DNA from: Clostridiales bacterium
Lineage (GTDB): Bacteria; Bacillota; Clostridia; Christensenellales; CAG-138
Direction of reading: 5' to 3'
Assembly (NCBI GenBank): GCA_918244965.1
Contig: CAKJYC010000021.1
Span: 14,619 to 78,618 of the forward strand
DNA length: 64,000 bases
Below are positions 9,401 through 17,757 of the stretch, piece by piece. The notes beneath the pieces were generated by a model. It saw only the letters and a list, made by a program, of their open reading frames with translations, was not told the origin of the DNA and did no database searches. The translations under genes and the position numbers were made by a program. The stretch's first letter is position 1; every line of letters begins with the position of its first letter.

Positions 9401-9873
9401 ATATCCTTATTCAGCTGCGGCACCTGCAGTTCACATACGACCTGCAGATTGGCGTTGACAAGGACAAGTGTTTCATCGCCTGCGGCTTTCAATGAGAAAC
9501 CGACACAGATCGGGTTTTGTCCGTCCCAGAGCCATTTGTCCGTTTTTTCCCGTTTTGTAGCAAGCAGCAAAAGATACCCTCCCGCCGGGAGGATGACCTC
9601 CGGCAGCGTCATCGCCTTATCCGAATTCTTGACGTTGTCTGTTATGCTCCAGCCGAACAGATTGATCGGCCGGTCAGATTCGTTGTGCAGTTCGATCCAG
9701 TCCGGCGAACCGTACACCTCATGCACATAGCTTTCATGATTGCTGGATACGACCTCGCTGATCACAATGCCCTTTGACGCGCTTTTCGAATTTGAATCGC
9801 AGCCGAACATTGCGGTGATCGAAATGATCGCCAGAATACAGGCAATAAGTCTCTTCCAATGGTTTGATCGCAT
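6424..9873 (-). CDS. CotH kinase-family lipoprotein with four lamin-tail-domain (LTD)-like repeats and a chitobiase/hexosaminidase-C-like module
   Basis: Lipobox signal (...ITAMFGC). Four repeats with cores SPDWIELHNESD, KCDWVELHNTTD, RSDWVELKNTTD and EKDWIELHNGSD. A YYTTDGSEP module is followed by a C-terminal ~380-aa CotH-like region. GGAGG SD. Confidence 0.75.
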   Translation of the reverse strand: MRSNHWKRLIACILAIISITAMFGCDSNSKSASKGIVISEVVSSNHESYVHEVYGSPDWIELHNESDRPINLFGWSITDNVKNSDKAMTLPEVILPAGGYLLLLATKREKTDKWLWDGQNPICVGFSLKAAGDETLVLVNANLQVVCELQVPQLNKDISYARRDNGTYGYCDVPTPGEANTTQILDTQPALKEPETFAPVTGVEISEISSRNTQLTCDGCRKCDWVELHNTTDQDIPLDGFTLCDEVRNYDDANLTGVLPANGYLVVYCCEKDCTTKDQHVCVNLGISRYGDTLYLYDSHGNELDTVNVPEIPYKDVSYAKSADGSFGYCEEPTPGEANHTEITTEPPYRPEETPEPEKTKDPKDDEPVDPTVNAKRPTTLRISEVLAKNKYSIIDRDGERSDWVELKNTTDQPIDLSGWFLSDNPKNLKKWALPDITLPAGAYMIIFLSGKSAANANGSEYHASFSLGTGETLFLYNDDSKVLDWITVPELNDNVSIGLNENNEQVYYRYPTPNEPNGHGDKDAEALGFFPSDGVYISEVCAIHGRGTGEKDWIELHNGSDKNVSLEGWYLSDSLSDLKKYMIGSKSIASGGYVVLEATSSYTDRTSNDAPFGIDPSGETLYLCDSYGNLRDVFETGVQRVGVTSGRIENDTSVRRTFFTQKTKGAKNSDSRYTGYTSEPTFSDTALYHAQPFTLTISSLDPNAVIYYTTDGSEPDAGAKRYSGPISISNNAVIRAIAVSDGRLRSEIVTFHYLFEEPHTLPVVCIAMAPNDFTAVYKVKLHKDIKERKGYVNFYESDGLMGTAFPCDIKAKGQGTLKYISQKSLTLSLRAEYGMSHVEYPFFKDYAFTRFGSFALRQAGQDYDNARLADAFASRACLGLNVDCANSRFCVVYVNGSYYGIHDFNEDLNSRYLETHFGVDPDTVNTIMRNGAIARKGTTTEFKSVFNAAKNANLSTDSAYEKFIEKVDPDAFIDYVICRQVFCDTDCFNQKYWRTTDYRIRWRPLLYDLDLILSSSASRNIGYLYFNKAGTPSHNGSLTYFYFTVALRTNPGWRQKFIERYVELVMTQLSSDRLTALLDQMTAELEPEMARHIARWKHPGSVSSWKSSVKALRDKVSKRPMLALQHIQKEFKISDSELNALIAKYSQP

Positions 9874-9887
9874 ATTCGATCCTCCGA

Positions 9888-11921
9888 TTATGATTCCAGA
9901 TTAACGATCTGACGCAGAATCTTTACTGCGTCCTCCGCGGTGATGTCTCCATCCCCATCCATATCCGCCGAGCTGCGCATCGGCGTGTTCAGATATGCCA
10001 GTCCGACAACGCTCTGCAAAACCAGCGCAGCGTCGGCTGCAGTCATGTTTCCGTCCATGTTTGCGTCACCGCGAATCGGCGTATACCGAAAGAGCCGAGG
10101 ATGTGCAAACGATGCATTCGAAAAGAATCCATTCGGGAAATACCCGAAGCCTTTCTGAAAACTGCCGTACAGAATCGCGCGTCCGAAGTATCCGTCCGCC
10201 TGAAGCCTGTCGCTTCCGTCGGCAAAGTGCGCCCACGCAAATGCGGTGCCGGATTGCGTGATGCACAGCGACTGGCTCGTTTCGTCCGTCCTTCCGAGCA
10301 TATATGTCCCGTCTGCATCATCGCAGATGAACCGATATCCTTCCGTGGAACGAACCGCCGAAAAGACCGCGCCGCGCGCCTGCTTCGGGTCGATCGTTCC
10401 GTCCTCATTCGGCTCGACGGGAAGTGTGCGCAAGATTCCGCTGCCGGGTTCTGCCGAGATCGCATACCATTGTCCGTCATACTGTGCGGCAATCACGTAA
10501 TAGCCTTCCTCCGGATCCGGCACCGTATAGACAGATTTGATCGTGCCGTCCTTGATCCCGACAAAGATCAGTCCGCTGTCAGCATCTGCCGGAATCGTGA
10601 ACCCGTTCCGGCATTCGAGAAGCAACGCGCCGCCCCCGTCGATTCTTCTGCCTGTACCGCTGTATGTAGGTACTGACAGATCAATCGCACCGATCGAGAA
10701 CAGGCCGTCGTCCTCCTTCAGCAGAAGCGCGAGCCGGAAGGAAAGCGCTAGTCTGGAGAGCAGTACGCCGTAATCGGACCCGATTCGTTCAACGACCGAA
10801 TCCGTATACGTGCAAAGCGCATGCAAGGCGTCTGTCTGTTCTTCGCTGAGCTGCAGGCAGATCGCGGCGTCTTCGGTCAGATCCGTTACGTCCGCCGTAT
10901 CGCGCCAGTACTCCAGTATACGGCGAAAAACCGTGTCGTCGCACTGCCTTCGCAGATACTGCGAAAACAGAAACGATTGTCCGTACGCGCCCACGTCGGA
11001 CGACGTCGCATCAAACTCCTGATAGCTCATGCCGATCCGGACTTTATCCGAGCGCGCATACGCATCGAGATACCCCTGCTCCGCGACCGAGCCGGGATAG
11101 GCAAACTCCTCCGCTGCCATGGAAAAGCCTTCGTTCAACCAGACCCCAATGCTCTTTTCGTTGCCGATTCGATCCGCGTTTGCAGGTGACGCAAGCACCG
11201 CGCTCCGCAGGATCAGATGCTGAAACTCATGCGCCAGCGTGCCGTAAACGACGTCGGACCGGTCGGCCATACGCGCGTTGACATTGATGATCGGAAGATA
11301 GTTATAGCTGTCCGCATCGTCCGGGTCGATGCTCTCGATCTCCTCGCGCGTATACAGATCGTAAGAATCGAAAAAACCGCAAACTGAAGTGCTGTTCATG
11401 TCATAGGTCAGAATGTGCAGCTTACCGTCTCCGCCGATATCGCGGAACGGTCCGAAATGCTCGGTATTGCTTGCATAGATGACGTTTTCAAACTGCGCAA
11501 GCATGGCGTCCGTTTGCTCCGCGGTAAAGGATGCGCCGTCTGCCTGCATTGTCCAGATCCGGCAATGATCACCCTCCGCCGCAAGCCGGAACGTGCATTT
11601 GTCATACCGGTAGGTAATCAGATTGGTACAGACCCAGAAATCACGCGTATCCGGGTCCTTTGCTGCCGTCGTGCGATCCTTGCCTGTTTGATGCATGCCG
11701 GGCGTAAACAGCGCATTTCCATCGGGTACGGGATCCTCCTGCGACGAAGAAAGCGTACCGGAATACAGCGTGTTCCCACTTGCCTGATACGGCAACGGAT
11801 TATAAATCAGAACACGGTCTGCATCAATGGTATTCGGTTGTTCTGCCTCGCCGATCGCTGTATGCGGCAGTACCGCAAGCAGCAGCAAAAGGACGAAAAA
11901 TACGGAAACTGCTCTTTTCAT
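9888..11921 (-). CDS. secreted gluzincin-type metalloprotease with C-terminal dockerin
   Basis: Signal peptide. HEFQH ...WLNEGFS (HExxH plus downstream Glu). C-terminal duplicated Ca-binding loops DANMDGNMTAADA and DMDGDGDITAEDA. Lies 14 nt upstream of the CotH gene. Confidence 0.7.
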   Translation of the reverse strand: MKRAVSVFFVLLLLLAVLPHTAIGEAEQPNTIDADRVLIYNPLPYQASGNTLYSGTLSSSQEDPVPDGNALFTPGMHQTGKDRTTAAKDPDTRDFWVCTNLITYRYDKCTFRLAAEGDHCRIWTMQADGASFTAEQTDAMLAQFENVIYASNTEHFGPFRDIGGDGKLHILTYDMNSTSVCGFFDSYDLYTREEIESIDPDDADSYNYLPIINVNARMADRSDVVYGTLAHEFQHLILRSAVLASPANADRIGNEKSIGVWLNEGFSMAAEEFAYPGSVAEQGYLDAYARSDKVRIGMSYQEFDATSSDVGAYGQSFLFSQYLRRQCDDTVFRRILEYWRDTADVTDLTEDAAICLQLSEEQTDALHALCTYTDSVVERIGSDYGVLLSRLALSFRLALLLKEDDGLFSIGAIDLSVPTYSGTGRRIDGGGALLLECRNGFTIPADADSGLIFVGIKDGTIKSVYTVPDPEEGYYVIAAQYDGQWYAISAEPGSGILRTLPVEPNEDGTIDPKQARGAVFSAVRSTEGYRFICDDADGTYMLGRTDETSQSLCITQSGTAFAWAHFADGSDRLQADGYFGRAILYGSFQKGFGYFPNGFFSNASFAHPRLFRYTPIRGDANMDGNMTAADAALVLQSVVGLAYLNTPMRSSADMDGDGDITAEDAVKILRQIVNLES

Positions 11922-12036
11922 GCCGATCTCCTACGAATACAGTATAGCACAACATAAGAGAAATGAAAAGCGCTTCAGCTTCCGTTTCGCAAAATAAATG
12001 TAAGACGATTGTAAACAATTCGGCAAATTTGTCCTT

Positions 12037-13824
12037 TTATTCTTCCGAACGACCTTCCAACGCGTTCTTCAGCCGATACAGCTTGCTGCTTTCGAGCATG
12101 GCAACGATGTGCGTTCCGTCCGCTTCATGCGATTCTGACAGGATGGTTCCGATCTCATGCAGTACACGGATCGCGTCGTACCGGTCGTACGGGATCAACA
12201 GTTCCACACGCTGCTGCGACCGGTTCAGCTCGGACTCAACGCGCAGTTTCAAAGCGTCGAGCCCCGTGCCCGTCTTTGCACTGATTGCAATCGCGTTGTC
12301 ACGCTTTTGCGGGATCGCATCCGGAAGATCACACTTGTTGTAAACCTCGATGATCGGCGTGTTGCCGGCGCCGAGACTCTCAAGCACCTGCTCCGTGACC
12401 CGCATCTGCACGTCGTAGTACGAACAGCCCGCGTCGATCACATGAAGGATCAGGTCGGCGTCACGAACCTCTTCCAAGGTCGATCGGAACGCCTGCACCA
12501 GGTCGTGCGGCAATTTATTGATAAATCCGACGGTGTCGGAGAGCAGGCACGGCGTACCGTTCGGCAGCGTGACGCTGCGGACGACCGGATCAAGCGTCGC
12601 AAACAGCTTATCTTCGGCGAGCACATCGCTCTGCGACAGAACGTTCAGCAGCGTGCTTTTGCCTGCGTTTGTGTAACCGACCAACGCAACGACCGGCATT
12701 TCGTTTTTTCTACGAACGGATCGACGGATGCTGCGCTGTTTTTCAACCTCCTTGAGCTCCTGTTCAAGCTCATAGATGCGGCGGTGAATGCGTCTGCGGT
12801 CGATTTCGAGCTTCTTCTCACCGGGCCCTCGCATACCGACGCCGGACGCGCCTTGTCTCGACATGGCGACGCCGACACCGAGAAGACGCGGCAAGCGATA
12901 TTTGAGCTGTGACAGCTCGACCTGCAGCTTGCCCTCGCGTGTTGTCGCGCGCGTTGCAAAGATATCGAGGATCAGCATTGTACGGTCGATCACCGGCGTG
13001 CCGAGGATGCTTTCAAGGTTGCGGATCTGGATCGCGGTCAGTTCGTCGTCGAAGATGAATACGTCCGCCTCGGTCGCGCTGCCGATCAGCCGCAGCTCGT
13101 CCGCCTTGCCGGAGCCAACATATGTTCCGTTGTCGACCGGTCGCTTGCGCTGCCGTTCGATGTGCACAACGTTCACGCCTGCCGTATCGGCAAGCGCCTT
13201 GAGCTCTTCAAGCGTATCGTATCCGTCGTCGTTGTCAATGCCGACCAGCACAGCGCGCTCCGGTTCCGCCTGTGTGACCGCATAAGCCGGCGCTTTCAGC
13301 CGATTGTCCGCTTCGATCAGCGCGTTCAAAAGCGCATCCTGCGGCAGACGGTCCGGACGCATCGGGCCGTAGATGATCGGCTTTCGCTCTTCCCCCTCCA
13401 TCTCGCCGACAAACGCGACATATACAGAGGTCGGTTTGCCGTCCCGCACGCCGACGGCAGTCATAGCGTCGAGCCGCATCGAATTCAGCGTACCGAGATC
13501 GACGTCGGACAAATACCCGCTGCCGTTCGGATGCGTATGGATGCAACGCACACCGGCAAGACGGTCCGCATTACGCACAAGGCGCATATCGGGCATCGAA
13601 ACGGTTGACGCGTCGCCGATCGACACATCCTTGACCGTGCCGCTGCGTGACAAATAAACCGAGATCTCGCGCCCGATGCGTTCGGTATAATCCGCGAGCC
13701 GGACAAGCAGATCATACGATGCAAAGACGCCGCTTGGCTGACTTTCGTCGTAGAGCGTCTGCATCTCGTTCAGCAAAGTATCGCGGATCCCCGCGACGTT
13801 TCCGTGTATCTTTCTCTCTTCCAT
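12037..13824 (-). CDS. hflX: GTPase HflX with an N-terminal JAMM/MPN-like extension
   Basis: HflX N-domain, then G-domain (GYTNAGKSTLLN, DTVGF, NKCD) and C-domain. About 190 extra N-terminal residues carry E...HTHPNGSGYLSDVD. ATG 13824 was chosen over the track TTG at 13860 (see promoter). Confidence 0.85.
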   Translation of the reverse strand: MEERKIHGNVAGIRDTLLNEMQTLYDESQPSGVFASYDLLVRLADYTERIGREISVYLSRSGTVKDVSIGDASTVSMPDMRLVRNADRLAGVRCIHTHPNGSGYLSDVDLGTLNSMRLDAMTAVGVRDGKPTSVYVAFVGEMEGEERKPIIYGPMRPDRLPQDALLNALIEADNRLKAPAYAVTQAEPERAVLVGIDNDDGYDTLEELKALADTAGVNVVHIERQRKRPVDNGTYVGSGKADELRLIGSATEADVFIFDDELTAIQIRNLESILGTPVIDRTMLILDIFATRATTREGKLQVELSQLKYRLPRLLGVGVAMSRQGASGVGMRGPGEKKLEIDRRRIHRRIYELEQELKEVEKQRSIRRSVRRKNEMPVVALVGYTNAGKSTLLNVLSQSDVLAEDKLFATLDPVVRSVTLPNGTPCLLSDTVGFINKLPHDLVQAFRSTLEEVRDADLILHVIDAGCSYYDVQMRVTEQVLESLGAGNTPIIEVYNKCDLPDAIPQKRDNAIAISAKTGTGLDALKLRVESELNRSQQRVELLIPYDRYDAIRVLHEIGTILSESHEADGTHIVAMLESSKLYRLKNALEGRSEE

Positions 13825-13825
13825 A

Positions 13826-15271
13826 TCAGTATTGTACCATATCAATGACGTCGCTGGCAAGCAATGCGCGTTCGTTGAGCAGTTTCATTGCCCGGTCTGC
13901 GGACGTTCCGAGAAGGTACGCGCCTGCGCACGCCGCGTCGAACGGATCGAGTCCCTGCGCCAACAGCGCCGTGATCAGTCCGGTCAGCACATCGCCGCTG
14001 CCGCCCTTTGCAAGACCCGGATTGCCGAAGGTCGAGAATGCAAATCGACCGCTGCTATGGATCAGCGTCGTTGCTCCCTTCAGCAGTACCGTGCAGGGAA
14101 ATGCTTCCACCGCGCCGAACGGATCGTGCAATACGTCCTCGACAGAGGATTCAATAAGCCTCGCCATCTCGCCTACGTGCGGCGTCAGCACGACGTTTTC
14201 GTGCAGCAGGGCGAGCAGTTCCCGATGCGCAGCCATCTGATTCAGCGCATCCGCGTCAAGCACGAGCTTTGTTCCGGATCGCAGCGCCTGTTCTATCAGC
14301 TTTGTAATACCTCCGTGTCCGACGCCGCAGCCGATGCCGATCGCCTGTTTTCGTTTCATCGCAGGGCAAACGATGCTTGCCGCCTCGTCGCACCAGTCCA
14401 TCGTACCGGTCGGGAGCGTGATCGCTTCCGGCAGCGCCGAAAAGAACGGACGTACCGGATCGGGCGTACAGACGGTCAGAAGCCCTGCGCCGCCGCGTAA
14501 AGCCGCTTTAGCGGACAGCAACGCTGCTCCCGGATACGTCTTTGACCCCACGCACAAAAGGGCATGACCGTTCGTTCCTTTGTGAGAATCGAACGGACGC
14601 TTTGGAAGCAGCGCGGCGATATCCGCTTCCTCCAATAAAAACATACGAATCTCTGTCGGATCCTCGTACAATGGCTGTACGATCACGTCACCGCAGAATG
14701 CTCGGCCTTGTCCGAGAAGCATACCTGCCTTCTTTGCCTGCATGGTGACGGTGCATGAGGCCTTGACCGCCGCGCCGAGTACGGTCCCAACGTCCGCATG
14801 CAGTCCGGACGGCAGATCAGCGGAAACGATCGTCTTACTGCTTTCATTCATGCGTTCGATCATGCATTTCCGTTCCCCCTCGATCGGTCTGTTCAAGCCG
14901 ACGCCGAACAGCGCGTCGATCAGTAGTTCATTCTCAACCGGTTCCCAATTGGACAGAATCGGGACCCCTTCCGTTCGGGCTTGCTGAAGATAGTACATCG
15001 TGTCCGGCGTGCAGCGGTCCTCGTTCCCGCAAAGCACGATCCTTGCGTCGACGCCTTCCCTGTACAGCAGCAGCGCGGCAAGTACGCCGTCTCCGCCGTT
15101 GTTTCCTGTCCCGCAGATCGCCGTCACGGTTGTTTCGCTCTTAAGCCGTGCCTTGACTGCCGCCGCGATCCCTTCGGCTGCGGTCTGCATCAGCGGAACC
15201 GGAAAAAGATGTCTCATGCGCGGATCCGTATCCTTCTGTTTCGCTTCCTGTGCGGTTATGATTCGCTCCAT
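13826..15271 (-). CDS. nnr: bifunctional NAD(P)H-hydrate repair enzyme (epimerase / ADP-dependent dehydratase)
   Basis: N-terminal YjeF_N motif CGTGNNGGDG. C-terminal carbohydrate-kinase part (HKGTNGHALLCVGS, GSGDVLTG). GGAGGA SD. Confidence 0.88.
   Translation of the reverse strand: MERIITAQEAKQKDTDPRMRHLFPVPLMQTAAEGIAAAVKARLKSETTVTAICGTGNNGGDGVLAALLLYREGVDARIVLCGNEDRCTPDTMYYLQQARTEGVPILSNWEPVENELLIDALFGVGLNRPIEGERKCMIERMNESSKTIVSADLPSGLHADVGTVLGAAVKASCTVTMQAKKAGMLLGQGRAFCGDVIVQPLYEDPTEIRMFLLEEADIAALLPKRPFDSHKGTNGHALLCVGSKTYPGAALLSAKAALRGGAGLLTVCTPDPVRPFFSALPEAITLPTGTMDWCDEAASIVCPAMKRKQAIGIGCGVGHGGITKLIEQALRSGTKLVLDADALNQMAAHRELLALLHENVVLTPHVGEMARLIESSVEDVLHDPFGAVEAFPCTVLLKGATTLIHSSGRFAFSTFGNPGLAKGGSGDVLTGLITALLAQGLDPFDAACAGAYLLGTSADRAMKLLNERALLASDVIDMVQY
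13831..13860 (-). promoter_or_regulatory. promoter inside the nnr 3' end: TTGCCA-N18-TGgTACAAT, ending 6 nt before the hflX ATG
   Basis: Read on the minus strand: TTGCCAGCGACGTCATTGATATGGTACAATACTGATATG. No SD between the -10 box and the ATG. Confidence 0.5.
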
Positions 15272-15744
15272 GTTTCCTCCGCGGCTGCATCAAGCGCTTT
15301 TCTTGAAACGTCATAGGAAAACCCGCGTGAAACAAGGCGCTTCAGCACGCGTTCCCGTCTTTGTTCCGGATCGAGGTTTTGAAACTGTCTCCAATACTTG
15401 TCGGCAACCTGTTTCGCATGTTTCTCTTCGTCCTCCTGTTCGACCGTGTCAAGCGCATTGTTTATAAGCTCGTCGACAAGGCCGTGGCTTTTCAGCTGTT
15501 CCCACAGGTGCCTGCGGCTGACCGGCTTGGAAGCAAGCCGCGTTTCCACGAATCGGACGGCAAAACGCGCGTCGTCCAAAAGGCCCAGCTCCTTCAGTCG
15601 TTCGATCGTCGCGTCGACGTCCGCCTCGCCGAAGTCCTTACCGTCCAGATATGTCTGCATCTCGGAAACCGAGCGGTCGCGTATCGTCAGATACCGCATT
15701 GCGTGCTCCATCGGAGAAAGCGTTCCCTGCTTCGTTTGCTTCAT
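15256..15744 (-). CDS. recX: recombination regulator RecX
   Basis: RecX three-helix repeats (AMRYLTIRDRSVSEM..., LGLLDDARFA...). AAGGAG SD before ATG 15744, so the track start 15828 was trimmed. Confidence 0.8.
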   Translation of the reverse strand: MKQTKQGTLSPMEHAMRYLTIRDRSVSEMQTYLDGKDFGEADVDATIERLKELGLLDDARFAVRFVETRLASKPVSRRHLWEQLKSHGLVDELINNALDTVEQEDEEKHAKQVADKYWRQFQNLDPEQRRERVLKRLVSRGFSYDVSRKALDAAAEETWSES

Positions 15745-15999
15745 TGTTTGCTCCTTGTATGTCCTGATCCCAGTATAACACCGATCGGGCAAAATGAAAA
15801 GCCGATCTTTTTTTGCAACCGATTGCATCGCTTCCGCGTCTTAATGATAAGAGGAGCATGCTAAAAAGGCCATTTGCGGGCATAATTGTATAAAAGATGT
15901 GCCCAAAATGTAACTTATTAGTAAATGCTATCCCAAAAAGATGGTATTTTTCAAAAAAGCGTGTACAATGGAAGCATCAAAGAAGAAGGAAACGAAACG

Positions 16000-17697
16000 A
16001 TGAAAATGAAAAGCAAATTGTGGCTGCTGCCTCTGCTGGCGGTAATTTTGATCCTGTGCATGGCATGCGGATCCGGAGCCGATCGACAGGTCGAAGCGGA
16101 TCCGCGTACGGCTGCTCCTGCTCCAACGGAGGAAACGATCCATATCGGGTCGGATGAGATCTCCATCGTCACGCCGGAACCCGATCTGCACCGCGACGAG
16201 ATGAACGCGATCCTGAAGCGCACGACGATGCTCGAAGGCGTTACGATCGCAGGCGTAGACGTCGGCGGACTGACGCTCGACGAGGCGCGTGCAAAGGTGC
16301 TTCCCGTACTCGATCAGAAAAAGTCCGATCTGCGCGTCAACGTCAAGCTCGGCGATGTGACGGAAACGTTCTCTTCCGAAACGATCGCCGTATCTTACAG
16401 CGCAGACGCAGCGCTTAACGAAGCGTTCCAGCTCGTTCGTGAGGATACGGGCTACGAAGCCGTCTCCCAAGAGGTCGCCTCGATCAAGGCGAACGGACGC
16501 GACTTCCCCGTTGCTCTGACATTTGACGAGTCAGCCCTGCGCGCAGCAGTCGACGCGTTTGCCGAAAAGAATGAAGTCAAGCCGCAGAATGCTACTATCG
16601 CATACAGCAAAGAAATAAACGACGTCGTTTATGTCCCGGACGTGAGCGGCACGACCGTCGACCGCGAAGCGCTGGTCACGGCGCTGCTGTCTGCAAAGAG
16701 CGGCGATACGATCGAAGCCCCCGCTATGATCCAGGAAGCCGAGCTGAAGCTCGCCGATATCGAAAGCCGGTATGTCAAGCGCAGTACAATGACGACCAGC
16801 TACAGCAAGAGCAATAAGAACCGTAAGGAAAACATCCGCCACGGCGCAATGGATCTTCTGACCGGCACGGTCGTGCATCCCGGCGAGGTCTTTTCCATGA
16901 ACGGCTGCCTCGGCGTGCGCAAGAACGACGGTCATTGGAAGCTGGCGACAGCGTATCAGGCGGGTAAGCATGTTCCGGAATATGGCGGCGGCGTCTGCCA
17001 GATCTCTTCTACGCTGTACAACGCAGCGGTCAAGGCCGATATGGAGATCGTGTTCCGTCAGAATCATTCCATGTACGTCGATTACGTCGATCGCGGCAGC
17101 GACGCAACGATCAACTCCATCGGCAATATCATCGACTTCAAATTCAAAAACTCCAGCAAGGAAGACATCATCATTGTCGCAAACGCGAACGGCAAGACGC
17201 TGACGATCGACATCTGGGGCATTCCGCTGATCGAGGATTCCAACGGCGAATACGACGAGATCCGCATTCCGAAGCCTGTCAAGACCAAGACGATCAAGCC
17301 TGCGGGCGAAGTCGTATACGAGGTCGATCCTTCGAAGCCCGTCGGCTATAAGGAAGAAGTCGTCAAAAACCGCGACGGCGCCGTCTATGAAAGCAAAAAG
17401 GAATACTATCTGAACGGCAAGCTCGTCAAGAGCGAAAAACTGGCAACATCGACCTATAAAGCGTACAAGGGTTACTACATCGTCGGGCCGAGCGCAACCG
17501 AAGCGCCTTCGGAATCGCCTGTTACGCCGACTCCGTCTTCCGGCGATACGCCTACGACGCCGCCTGCAGACACGCCTACGCCGTCTCCGGCCGACACGCC
17601 GACGCCGACGCCAGCGGATACGCCTCAGCCGACAACGCCGCCTTCAGAAAAACCGTCCGATCCCTCGTCTCCTCCCGACGACGGCGGCGGTGAATGA
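16000..17697 (+). CDS. VanW-family lipoprotein with G5-like domain and Pro/Thr-rich tail
   Basis: Lipobox (LILCMACGS). VanW core (GGGVCQISSTLYNA). G5-like segment (KPAGEVVYEVD...VVKNRDGAVYE). PT-rich C-terminus. Confidence 0.8.
   Translation: MKMKSKLWLLPLLAVILILCMACGSGADRQVEADPRTAAPAPTEETIHIGSDEISIVTPEPDLHRDEMNAILKRTTMLEGVTIAGVDVGGLTLDEARAKVLPVLDQKKSDLRVNVKLGDVTETFSSETIAVSYSADAALNEAFQLVREDTGYEAVSQEVASIKANGRDFPVALTFDESALRAAVDAFAEKNEVKPQNATIAYSKEINDVVYVPDVSGTTVDREALVTALLSAKSGDTIEAPAMIQEAELKLADIESRYVKRSTMTTSYSKSNKNRKENIRHGAMDLLTGTVVHPGEVFSMNGCLGVRKNDGHWKLATAYQAGKHVPEYGGGVCQISSTLYNAAVKADMEIVFRQNHSMYVDYVDRGSDATINSIGNIIDFKFKNSSKEDIIIVANANGKTLTIDIWGIPLIEDSNGEYDEIRIPKPVKTKTIKPAGEVVYEVDPSKPVGYKEEVVKNRDGAVYESKKEYYLNGKLVKSEKLATSTYKAYKGYYIVGPSATEAPSESPVTPTPSSGDTPTTPPADTPTPSPADTPTPTPADTPQPTTPPSEKPSDPSSPPDDGGGE
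17565..17636 (+). repeat. three tandem ~24-nt coding repeats (ADTPTPSP/ADTPTPTP/ADTPQPTT linker)
   Basis: Repeated gcNgaYacgccNacgcc... units inside the VanW gene. Confidence 0.5.
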
Positions 17698-17707
17698 AAA
17701 AAGCAAC

Positions 17708-17745
17708 GGGACTGCCATACATCAGGCAGTCCCGATTTCATTGTT
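17708..17745 (+). terminator. intrinsic terminator after the VanW gene
   Basis: GGGACTGCC-N8-GGCAGTCCC hairpin followed by a T-rich tract. Confidence 0.6.
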
Positions 17746-17757
17746 TCGGAGGTATCT

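Noticed and set aside
13825-13860. 12-codon N-terminal extension of hflX from the track's TTG start, overlapping nnr
   Set aside because: The TTG is part of a TTGCCA -35 hexamer of a well-formed promoter whose -10 box ends 6 nt before ATG 13824. No SD serves the TTG.
15781-15815. Plus-strand hairpin plus T7 (CGATCGG-N13-CCGATC-TTTTTTT) in the recX/VanW divergent spacer
   Set aside because: No plus-strand gene lies upstream, and the stem is only 6 bp with a large loop. The same bases form the spacer of the recX promoter on the minus strand (TTTTCA-N17-TGtTATACT). It is probably not an independent element.
17565-17636. Short tandem DNA repeats that could be mistaken for a repeat array. Similar repeats occur at about 57440-57530 and 58190-58330.
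   Set aside because: They are in-frame Pro/Thr linker repeats inside protein-coding genes (ADTPTPSP and TPEPTPTP types). They have no spacers and are not CRISPR-like.
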